NCBI GenBank assembly: GCA_963677105.1
Contig: OY781871.1
Location: 480,001-512,000 of the forward strand
DNA from: Candidatus Saccharimonadota bacterium
Lineage (GTDB): Bacteria > Patescibacteriota > Gracilibacteria > UBA4473
Length of the DNA: 32,000 bases
Reading direction: 5' to 3'
Within the stretch, counting starts at the first letter, position 1; every line of letters starts with the position of its first letter. Below are positions 8,042 to 15,760 of the stretch, one piece after another. Both the position numbers and the translations under genes were made by a program. The notes under the pieces are model-generated. The model was given only the letters and a program-made list of their open reading frames with translations, did no database searches and had not been told where the DNA came from.

Positions 8042-9583
8042 ATGGAAACCTTAACCTTTCTTCTGCCAATCGGAGGATTAGCATTGGGCTTGGGACTTTC
8101 TTGGATGCTCATGCGTCCTCGCACAAAGTCAATCGAGTCTGCTGCTCGCCGAGAAGCAGAACAACTTCGTGGAACCGCTCAAAAAGAAAGTGAGCGATTA
8201 TTGCAAGATGCTCGAAAACACGTTGAACAGCTTCGTGCAGACGTACACAGAGAAGACAAGCAAATGCGTGAACGATTAGAAAACGTTCAAGCAAAAATGG
8301 ATGAACGTATCGCAAAACGTGAAGCCCAACTTGATGAAAAAATAGAGCGCTCTGAAAGTGCTCGGGAACGATATGAAAACGAAAAACGTCTACTAGAGGA
8401 AAAGCAAGAAGCGCTTGCAAAACAACTTGAGGAGCAGGCAACAGCATTAGAGAAAATTTCTAAACTTTCTCGAATAGAGGCAAAACAGGAACTTATTAAT
8501 CGTGTTGAAAGTGAGGTCTCTGACGAATTAGCCGAAACTTTACGACGGAAAGTTGATTTAATGCGAGACTCCGCTGATGAAGAATCATCCAACATTATTG
8601 TACAAGCGTTACAACGATATGCTGCTCCAGTAACAGCTGAAGCAACTGTCAGTGTTCTAAAAATTGAGTCCGATTCATTAAAGGGAAAGATTATCGGTCG
8701 TGAAGGACGAAACATCAATGCCTTTGAGCAAATGACCGGAGTAGATGTTATCATTGATGATACGCCAGGAACTATTACGATTTCATCGTTCGATCAATTC
8801 CGTCGACACGTAGCAAAAGTAGCCCTCGAGGCATTAATTAAAGATGGACGAATTCATCCATCAAAAATTGAAGAAATGGTACAAAAGGCGCAGGAACGTT
8901 CTGAAAAAATGCTCCAGGAATTGGGACAACAAGCGGCGCAAGAACTGGGGATTGCCAGTTTGCCAACTCAAATATTAAAGCTTATTGGACGACTTCGATT
9001 CCGTACGTCATACGGACAAAATGTGTTGGCTCACTCTATCGAAGTAGCTTATTTGGCGGAAGCGATTGCAGAACAAATTCCAGGAGCAAATCCTGATATT
9101 TGTAAAAAGGCTGGACTTGTCCATGATATCGGAAAATCTGTAAGCCATGAAGTAGAAGGAGGACATGCACTTATCGGAATGGAGATTTTAGAAAAATTCG
9201 GAATAGAAAAGGCTGTAATAGTAGCAATGAAGTCTCACCACGAGGACTTTCCTTATGAATCTATTGAGGCTCGTATTTTGCAGGCTGCAGATGCGATTAG
9301 TGCATCACGACCAGGAGCACGAAGAGAAACACTTGAAAAATATATTAAACGACTCAAGGAACTTGAAGCTATTGCTTCAGGATTCGATGGAATTGAAAAA
9401 GTGTTCGCAATTCAAGCAGGACGTGAGGTACGAGTATTTGTAAATGCCGCAAACGTAGATGATTTACAATCAGAAAAACTTTCTTTTGAAATCGCCCGAA
9501 AGATTGAAAAATCGTGTGAATATCCTGGAGAGGTTCGTGTCGCCGTATTCAGAGAAAGCCGCTATGACAGCGTCGCAAAATAG
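8042..9583 (+). CDS. rny: Ribonuclease Y
   Basis: 513 aa. N-terminal TM helix, long Glu/Lys/Arg coiled coil, KH domain GKIIGREGRNINAFEQMTGVDVIIDDTPGTITISSFD, and HD domain HSIEVAYLAE...GLVHDIGK. Confidence 0.95.
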   Translation: METLTFLLPIGGLALGLGLSWMLMRPRTKSIESAARREAEQLRGTAQKESERLLQDARKHVEQLRADVHREDKQMRERLENVQAKMDERIAKREAQLDEKIERSESARERYENEKRLLEEKQEALAKQLEEQATALEKISKLSRIEAKQELINRVESEVSDELAETLRRKVDLMRDSADEESSNIIVQALQRYAAPVTAEATVSVLKIESDSLKGKIIGREGRNINAFEQMTGVDVIIDDTPGTITISSFDQFRRHVAKVALEALIKDGRIHPSKIEEMVQKAQERSEKMLQELGQQAAQELGIASLPTQILKLIGRLRFRTSYGQNVLAHSIEVAYLAEAIAEQIPGANPDICKKAGLVHDIGKSVSHEVEGGHALIGMEILEKFGIEKAVIVAMKSHHEDFPYESIEARILQAADAISASRPGARRETLEKYIKRLKELEAIASGFDGIEKVFAIQAGREVRVFVNAANVDDLQSEKLSFEIARKIEKSCEYPGEVRVAVFRESRYDSVAK

Positions 9584-9609
9584 TTTTTGCAAACAATTTG
9601 TAATAATTT

Positions 9610-9639
9610 AAACCTGGGATAAATCCTGGGTTTATTTTT
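9610..9639 (+). terminator. Rho-independent terminator after rny
   Basis: AAACCUGGG (9610-9618), loop AUAAAU, CCUGGGUUU (9625-9633), then A-UUUUU. The stem holds two G.U pairs on the plus-strand RNA that become mismatches on the minus strand, so it is oriented for rny. Confidence 0.6.
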
Positions 9640-10240
9640 ATTTACGCTTAAACATAACGCGCCAAATATCATCTCCCTCTAATAATTTCTGCTTTTCCCA
9701 ATGAGTTGGAATCCCATGTATCGATGTATTGAACTTTTCTGTAAATTTATATGACGTCTGCTGTACTTCCTCCAATGTTTCATCAAACAGGAATTTCTGA
9801 TCTGTTTGAAAAATAAATCGAACATCAACAGGAAGCCATTTTGAGCATTCTTGCAAGAATTTTGCATTTATAAAACGTCGTTTTTTATGTTTCTCTTTAA
9901 ACCATGGATCGGGGAAATTTACAAAAATTTCTTCAATTATTGCCCCTTGATCCAGACACGGTTCTAAAATAGTACGAAAGTTTCGTGCGGCGTCTCCATC
10001 GAAGACGACAACGTTTTCTTTGTCAGAAAATTTCTCAGCAAGTTTTTGAGCCAGTGGTCGACGTATTTCAAAAAGTATAAAATTGTGGTCTGGAAATTTT
10101 TCTATAAGTTCTGCTGCAAACTCTCCTTTACATGCGCCAACGTCTACAAATATTGGACGATCGTTTCCAAATCCGTTGAACGAGTGTTTAATGAGAATAG
10201 AAAGGGGATTTACATGATTTCGAACTCGTTTCTGTGGCAT
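9638..10240 (-). CDS. trmB: tRNA (guanine46-N7)-methyltransferase TrmB
   Basis: 200 aa. SAM-binding VDVGACKGEF and the TrmB signature FVNFPDPWFKEKHKKRRF. Confidence 0.9.
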   Translation of the reverse strand: MPQKRVRNHVNPLSILIKHSFNGFGNDRPIFVDVGACKGEFAAELIEKFPDHNFILFEIRRPLAQKLAEKFSDKENVVVFDGDAARNFRTILEPCLDQGAIIEEIFVNFPDPWFKEKHKKRRFINAKFLQECSKWLPVDVRFIFQTDQKFLFDETLEEVQQTSYKFTEKFNTSIHGIPTHWEKQKLLEGDDIWRVMFKRK

Positions 10241-10356
10241 ATTGATTCAGTTCTCAAATATAAAACTACAAATTCCAATTATCTCTTCTTTTATAGTCAC
10301 GATAATTTTCTTGTTTCTAGTAAATTTCGCAAGTTTTCAAGAGGCTTCTTAAAATT

Positions 10357-10385
10357 TTGACAAAACAATCAATCGACAATAATCT
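10357..10385 (+). promoter_or_regulatory. Candidate promoter giving a leader of about 150 nt for glyA
   Basis: TTGACA (10357-10362), 17-nt spacer, TAATCT (10380-10385). I found no better promoter nearer to ATG 10546. Confidence 0.45.
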
Positions 10386-10545
10386 TCCTCTGAAATGATT
10401 ATTATTTTCAAACAACATCGCGGTTGTCGTCCCACAGGAAAAGGACGGAAAGAAATTTGATAAATAACATCGTGGATTCTTCCACTCTTTATGCGGAACA
10501 GATAGGTTTGTTCCCAACCATTTTTAACTTTTAACTCCCTAAAAA

Positions 10546-11823
10546 ATGAGCTCTCCACAACAAATACCTTTTATTGAAAAACAAGACGCAGAAATTGCAG
10601 CAGCAATTCGCGGTGAAGAAAAACGAGAAAGAGAAGGACTCGAACTTATTCCCTCAGAAAACTATGTATCAAAAGCTGTCCTCGAAGCAGACGGTTCTGT
10701 TTTCACAAATAAATATTCTGAAGGATATCCCGGACGTCGATATTACGGTGGACAAGAATACACAGACATCGTTGAGCGAATCGCAATAGAACGCGCTTGT
10801 AAGCTTTTTAACTGTAAATATGCAAACGTACAACCGCTCTCTGGAGCACCAGCAAACGTAGCGATGTATTTTGCTCTCTGTAAACCTGGCGATACAATTC
10901 TTGGAATGGATCTCGGGCACGGAGGACATTTGACTCACGGACATCCGGTAACACATTTAGCGAAAATTTTTAACTTCGTGCGATACGGGATGAAAGATCC
11001 TGAAACAGGGGAAATTGATTATGAAGCACTCAGAGAAACGGCTCTTCGGGAAAAACCAAAAATGATTCTCGCTGGATTTTCTGCTTACTCACGAGAACTT
11101 GAGTATGAAAAGTTTGTAGAAATTGCAAAAGAAGTTGGTGCGATTACTGTTGCTGACATGGCACATATTGCAGGACTTATAGCCGGGAAAGCGGTGAAGA
11201 ATCCATTTGATTATGGATTTGATGTTATCACGACCACAACTCATAAAACGCTTCGTGGACCACGTGGAGGAATGATTCTGACTCGGGAAAATGAAGATTA
11301 CGCAAAAGCAATTAATAAATCTGTCTTCCCTGGATTACAGGGGGGACCTCACATGCATTTAATTGCTGGAAAGGCTGTTGCATTTGGTGAAGCTTTAAAG
11401 CCAGAGTTTCAAGAATATGCACAACAGGTATTGAAAAACGCAAAAGCAATGGAAAAAGTATTCCTCGACGGAGGCGTACGACTTCTTGGAGGAGGAACCT
11501 CTAATCATCTACTCTTGGCTGATGTGTTTGGGTCTCTTGGTGTAACTGGAAAAGATGCACAAATGGCTCTTGATGAGGTTGGAATAACGCTCAATATGAA
11601 TTCCATTGCAGATGATCCACGAAAGCCGCTAGATCCTTCTGGAATTCGATTTGGAACACCAGCAGCAACTACACGAGGATTTAAGGAAGAAGACTGTGCT
11701 CAAGTAGCAGAACTTATGCTTGCTGTATTGAACAACATTGAAGACGAGAAAATAAAGAAAAATGTACGCGAAGAAATTAAAGAGCTCTGTGTTTCTCATC
11801 CAATTCCTGAAAGTTTCGTCTAG
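10546..11823 (+). CDS. glyA: Serine hydroxymethyltransferase
   Basis: 425 aa. LELIPSENY, YPGRRYYGG, SGAPANVA, and PLP-lysine motif TTTHKTLRGPRGG. Confidence 0.97.
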   Translation: MSSPQQIPFIEKQDAEIAAAIRGEEKREREGLELIPSENYVSKAVLEADGSVFTNKYSEGYPGRRYYGGQEYTDIVERIAIERACKLFNCKYANVQPLSGAPANVAMYFALCKPGDTILGMDLGHGGHLTHGHPVTHLAKIFNFVRYGMKDPETGEIDYEALRETALREKPKMILAGFSAYSRELEYEKFVEIAKEVGAITVADMAHIAGLIAGKAVKNPFDYGFDVITTTTHKTLRGPRGGMILTRENEDYAKAINKSVFPGLQGGPHMHLIAGKAVAFGEALKPEFQEYAQQVLKNAKAMEKVFLDGGVRLLGGGTSNHLLLADVFGSLGVTGKDAQMALDEVGITLNMNSIADDPRKPLDPSGIRFGTPAATTRGFKEEDCAQVAELMLAVLNNIEDEKIKKNVREEIKELCVSHPIPESFV

Positions 11824-11845
11824 ACCTCAATACTATTTTATGAAA

Positions 11846-11880
11846 TAAAAAAAACACCCCCGAAGGGGTGTTTTTATTTT
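11846..11880. terminator. Bidirectional rho-independent terminator between convergent glyA and the giant minus-strand gene
   Basis: AAAAACACCCC (11850-11860), loop CGAA, GGGGTGTTTTT (11865-11875). It is flanked by A-runs upstream and T-runs downstream. Confidence 0.85.
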
Positions 11881-11905
11881 CTTTGTTTCCTTTCTTATCT
11901 TAATC

Positions 11906-14900
11906 TTAGTTACATAATGGTTGTGGCGTAAACATTCCACAAGTTCCGGCAGAAGGAGGCGTAAAGGATCCTGCTGGTAGATAGATTAAGTGTTTATCGG
12001 TCTGTAGGTTCTGCATTCCCGTGAGAGCATTGACTCCTTTCATTACATTCGCATTCCCGTCAACAATTGCAGAAACTTTGTTATTATCATTAATTGTACA
12101 TTCTTCAATTATTACTGGTTTTTCTGTTTCAGAACAATATTTATCAGCAACTATCCCTCCTAAACTACTTGAACAACTCACTTTGCGGGCCCTATATAAC
12201 ACTGGTGAAGCCAATGAAGCACTCGTCAAGGCTGTTTCAACTGTACTTAATTCAATTCCTGTCGAAGACATAAATCCTCCTCCCGATACTCCTACGTCTC
12301 GACTTGCAACGGAAGTGGCATGACTAATATCATCAATCAGTGCTACTGCTTCTATCGCAGCAATTTGCTCAAGTCTTTCGTCCACCGTCATTGGAGTTCC
12401 TTCTACTATATCTATCAATGAAGCCCTTGAAAGAGAACTCGATAATCCTGCTGCAGTTAAAACTTGTTCCTTTTTCTGTGTCAAATTTGTAACTGCTGCT
12501 GCTGCTGACTGTTGAACTGATTTCTCTGCTGCTATTACGTTCGCTACTCGTTGATTATTTCCACAATTTCCCCATTCTCCTACTTCCCAGTCATATGTAA
12601 CCTTTGTTAGTGTACAGTCTTCTACGCTCGCTGGACGAGCACTGACCGAACTACTAAGTTTGTCTGTACAGAATGAATCTTCTACCACTTTCCCTGTATT
12701 TATGTGTACACAGTCCACGTCTCGTGTTCGAATAGGGATTTTGTTTTTGGCTACTGAGGAATAGAGTGTTGCACCACTTCTTGCTGAAGAAGATGTCACT
12801 AGATACGCCTCCTTTATTTGTGCTGAAATCTCTTCTATATCTTCCTTCACTTTTAGTGCCGCTTTTTCTAATCCTGTTCTTCTCTTTGATAACACTGGAG
12901 TAGTTGTACTCACTGCTATATTATTTTTTGCTGTCTCAAGTTTCGTGTATTTTTTCTCGAGTTTTTGCTTCACTATTTCTATAGAAGAATCTGCATCAGG
13001 TCCACATGGACTCCATTTTCCCAATCTCCATTCATAGTCATCCTCAAGTTCACACTCCATCATAGACACTGGTCTTGATGAACTAAATGTTGTGAGCTCA
13101 TTACTGCTTTCACAGAAAGAATCTTCTACGATTTTTTTATCTGAACGCTGACAACTTACGTCTCTGTATTTATATGGCAATCCACCATCATTCACTTCTT
13201 GGTTCACTATTGATACAGCTTCACTAAAAGTAAGTGTAGATTTTGTTGCATCTGTTATCGTCGTCGTATCAGGACTTCCACTAATCGCTATTTTCTCATA
13301 TTTTCTCGCTTTTTTTGCATTAATTGCCTTTGTATATTTTCGAAATTTAGCATTTACTCGAGCTTGAACACGAGCTGTCTCATCGCTTGAAGCAGAAATC
13401 GAAATCACTGCATCTGACGGACTTGACCAAGATGGCAATGATGAAAAGTTCTCGTTTGCCTGTGCCACGAACTTCGCCCGTGCAGATTCTAATTTTGCAA
13501 TCTCTTCATCTGCTGTTTCTTTTTCTTTCTCTCTTCTTGAAACATATAATTTCACGCTTTCTGGTTTTCCTGCACAGTCGCTCCAATCACCAGTAATCCA
13601 TGAATATGTATATTTCACTTCATTGTCATACAATTTACATGTTTGACTCGATTTCGGTCGCTCTGTTCCCGCACAATACACCTCTGATTGAAGTGATCCA
13701 AATTCACTAAGACAAAGTACGCTTCTAAACTGAATTCCTACTGGAACTGAAACAGCTTCCTCCACTGAAATATCACTATCCACTAAAGCGTTTATTGCAA
13801 GCACCACATCTTCTTTCACTTTATTTTTCAATGACACTGCTTTCGTCAAGCTTTCACTGCTGCTAGACAACGTACTTCCAGCTCCTGAAGTATAATATGT
13901 CACCATTTGTTCTGCTGCACGTAACTCTTTTTCTAAGTCCTCTACTTTTTCATTAAGATCAACTTTTTCTGCTCCACACGGTCCCCATCGTCCTACGCTC
14001 CATGTTCCTGGGATGCTTACGAGTGGATCTTCTGCTCCGAAAATGTTTCCTGTTTTCATTGATTGCACTCCCGCTCCGAGCTCGTTCACAGCGTAAACAA
14101 AGATATCATATTTCTTTCCCGCTTCTGGCTTTGGCGTACCTGTTACGTCCCATGTATATGCTCCTTCTCCTTCTGCTACGTCAAAACATGTTGTCCCCAA
14201 AGATTCTCCTTGCACACACACTTTGTAGGTACTAATTGTACCGTATCCTTTTTGAGCTTCTGTACTCAAGTCTGTCCAAGTAACTGTAAATCCATTTGCT
14301 TGAGACTCAATCGCTAAATCTGCTGGTGCCAATGGAATAGTCACAAAATTCAAGTTCAAAAGATTTCCTTCTTTATACAAATCTCCTGTGAAGTTAATAT
14401 TTCCTCTTATGTCCAATGCTTCTGTTGGAACGGTTGTCGGAAGAAGGTTTATTCCTACCTTTGATGTTCCCGCTAATGAGTCAGCTAGCCGAACTGTCGG
14501 CGCTGTAACCGAAATTTTTGTGTTCGCCCCTGGTAGCCCTGCCAATGTTGCAATATTAATATCTCCCGTTGAATCATTCTGAATTAATATATCTTTATCT
14601 AGTCCTCCAGCAATTTTCATGCTTAAGTCTTCGCTTAATGAAGAAATGTCTAACTGCTCACTCTGAGAACTCAATATTATCTTTCCTGAATTCCTGCTTA
14701 ACACCTCTGCTCCATCATCTCCCATTCGAATTGTATTGTTCCCAACATGAAGATCCTCTACCCAAAGATTTCCAAACCATTTATCTGCGGCCCCAATATT
14801 TCGAGTAGAAATAACTCCCGTCGCTCCTGTCATATTTGGCAATATGTCTGAAGTAACATCTGTAAGATCTGCTCCACTTCCACCTGATATATCCGTTCCA

Positions 14901-15268
14901 CAGGTAAATACTCCCGAAGCATCAACTGCCTGAAGTTGTTCTCCTGATGCACATGTCAGAGCCGTAACCCCTGAACCACCTGCCGGCCAAGCTGTTATAC
15001 AGTCTGTATTTATACAAAATTCTGGCGCAGTTAATTTTGTAACAGATGTATCATTTAAATCTAATCCTGTAATTTTCCCGCTTCCATCAATATCTACTCC
15101 TGTAAATACTTCTGTTACCTCGTTTATCGCAGACGTTATATCGTTAAACTCGTACGCAGAAACGGGGTCACTTGCTGATTTTTCTGGAAAATTGAGGGAA
15201 CTAATCTGAGCACTCGCGTTGCTCATTATAAGTACCCCGACGAGGCCGAGAAGAAGCGTTTTTTTCAT
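11906..15268 (-). CDS. Giant secreted surface protein: tail-fibre-like N-terminal region, FN3-like domain, four split TSP1-like Trp/Cys modules
   Basis: The ORF track starts at TTG 15295. ATG 15268 gives the signal peptide MKKTLLLGLVGVLIMSNASAQ. The N-terminal region carries tail-fibre/beta-helix-like motifs (FCINTDCITAWP, IGAADKWFGNLWVEDLHVGNNTI, ALDIRGNINFTGDLY). An FN3-like domain lies at about aa 320-415 (ORF-track numbering). Four repeated W..G.W..CG ... R.V.C modules span about aa 431-1067. Confidence 0.85.
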   Translation of the reverse strand: MKKTLLLGLVGVLIMSNASAQISSLNFPEKSASDPVSAYEFNDITSAINEVTEVFTGVDIDGSGKITGLDLNDTSVTKLTAPEFCINTDCITAWPAGGSGVTALTCASGEQLQAVDASGVFTCGTDISGGSGADLTDVTSDILPNMTGATGVISTRNIGAADKWFGNLWVEDLHVGNNTIRMGDDGAEVLSRNSGKIILSSQSEQLDISSLSEDLSMKIAGGLDKDILIQNDSTGDINIATLAGLPGANTKISVTAPTVRLADSLAGTSKVGINLLPTTVPTEALDIRGNINFTGDLYKEGNLLNLNFVTIPLAPADLAIESQANGFTVTWTDLSTEAQKGYGTISTYKVCVQGESLGTTCFDVAEGEGAYTWDVTGTPKPEAGKKYDIFVYAVNELGAGVQSMKTGNIFGAEDPLVSIPGTWSVGRWGPCGAEKVDLNEKVEDLEKELRAAEQMVTYYTSGAGSTLSSSSESLTKAVSLKNKVKEDVVLAINALVDSDISVEEAVSVPVGIQFRSVLCLSEFGSLQSEVYCAGTERPKSSQTCKLYDNEVKYTYSWITGDWSDCAGKPESVKLYVSRREKEKETADEEIAKLESARAKFVAQANENFSSLPSWSSPSDAVISISASSDETARVQARVNAKFRKYTKAINAKKARKYEKIAISGSPDTTTITDATKSTLTFSEAVSIVNQEVNDGGLPYKYRDVSCQRSDKKIVEDSFCESSNELTTFSSSRPVSMMECELEDDYEWRLGKWSPCGPDADSSIEIVKQKLEKKYTKLETAKNNIAVSTTTPVLSKRRTGLEKAALKVKEDIEEISAQIKEAYLVTSSSARSGATLYSSVAKNKIPIRTRDVDCVHINTGKVVEDSFCTDKLSSSVSARPASVEDCTLTKVTYDWEVGEWGNCGNNQRVANVIAAEKSVQQSAAAAVTNLTQKKEQVLTAAGLSSSLSRASLIDIVEGTPMTVDERLEQIAAIEAVALIDDISHATSVASRDVGVSGGGFMSSTGIELSTVETALTSASLASPVLYRARKVSCSSSLGGIVADKYCSETEKPVIIEECTINDNNKVSAIVDGNANVMKGVNALTGMQNLQTDKHLIYLPAGSFTPPSAGTCGMFTPQPLCN
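12095..14005 (-). repeat. Four divergent protein-level repeats (split thrombospondin-type-1-like modules) inside the giant gene
   Basis: The module boundaries, in nt, are approximately 13631-14005, 13046-13609, 12608-13036 and 12095-12598. See the finding for the aligned motifs. Confidence 0.6.
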
Positions 15269-15550
15269 GTGTGTTTGTGTGAAAAATTGTATCAATATCT
15301 ATTTTTTCACGCATTGAGAAAAAAGCCAAACTTTTTTTGGACGTAAAATTTTCTCTCTCCCCATCAAAATGGGAACTCAGTCCTATTTATATTTGACTTT
15401 TTTGTGCTTTTAGTCTATTCTACAAGTGTTCCTTGGCTACTTTTACAAAAGATCGTCAAGGATGATCTTTGATATATCAGAATTTAGAAAAAATAAGCTT
15501 TTATCTTTGGTGGCTATAAGCCACTTTTCACACCATTATATCGCTGTTTT

Positions 15551-15674
15551 TTCCGAATCGAGCAGCTGCTTCATTTCTTCTCCTTTTGTCATTGTGGACT
15601 TGCTCCACAATCCATCTTTAAAAAATTAAATTCAGGATGAAAAGCCGAAAGTGACGCGCCTTCTCGATTCGGAA
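15551..15674. repeat. 12-bp perfect inverted repeat enclosing nested hairpins (candidate structured RNA or operator) in the divergent intergenic region
   Basis: TTCCGAATCGAG (15551-15562) pairs with CTCGATTCGGAA (15663-15674). Nested inside are GCTTCAT (15568-15574) pairing with ATGAAAAGC (15637-15645, 2-nt bulge) and ATTGTGGA (15591-15598) pairing with TCCACAAT (15604-15611) around a 5-nt loop. Confidence 0.4.
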
Positions 15675-15760
15675 CGGTAGCCTTTCCTCTACCAATCGCC
15701 AAGTCGATGATTCCGTAAGTAAGAAAAAACAAAAAAAATAGAATCCCAAAGGAGGGACCA

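Noticed and set aside
12494-12508. (CTG)5 trinucleotide repeat inside the giant minus-strand gene, considered as a possible phase-variation site
   Set aside because: The repeat is in frame and encodes an Ala run, so slippage would change length by whole codons and would not switch the gene off. It is also short.
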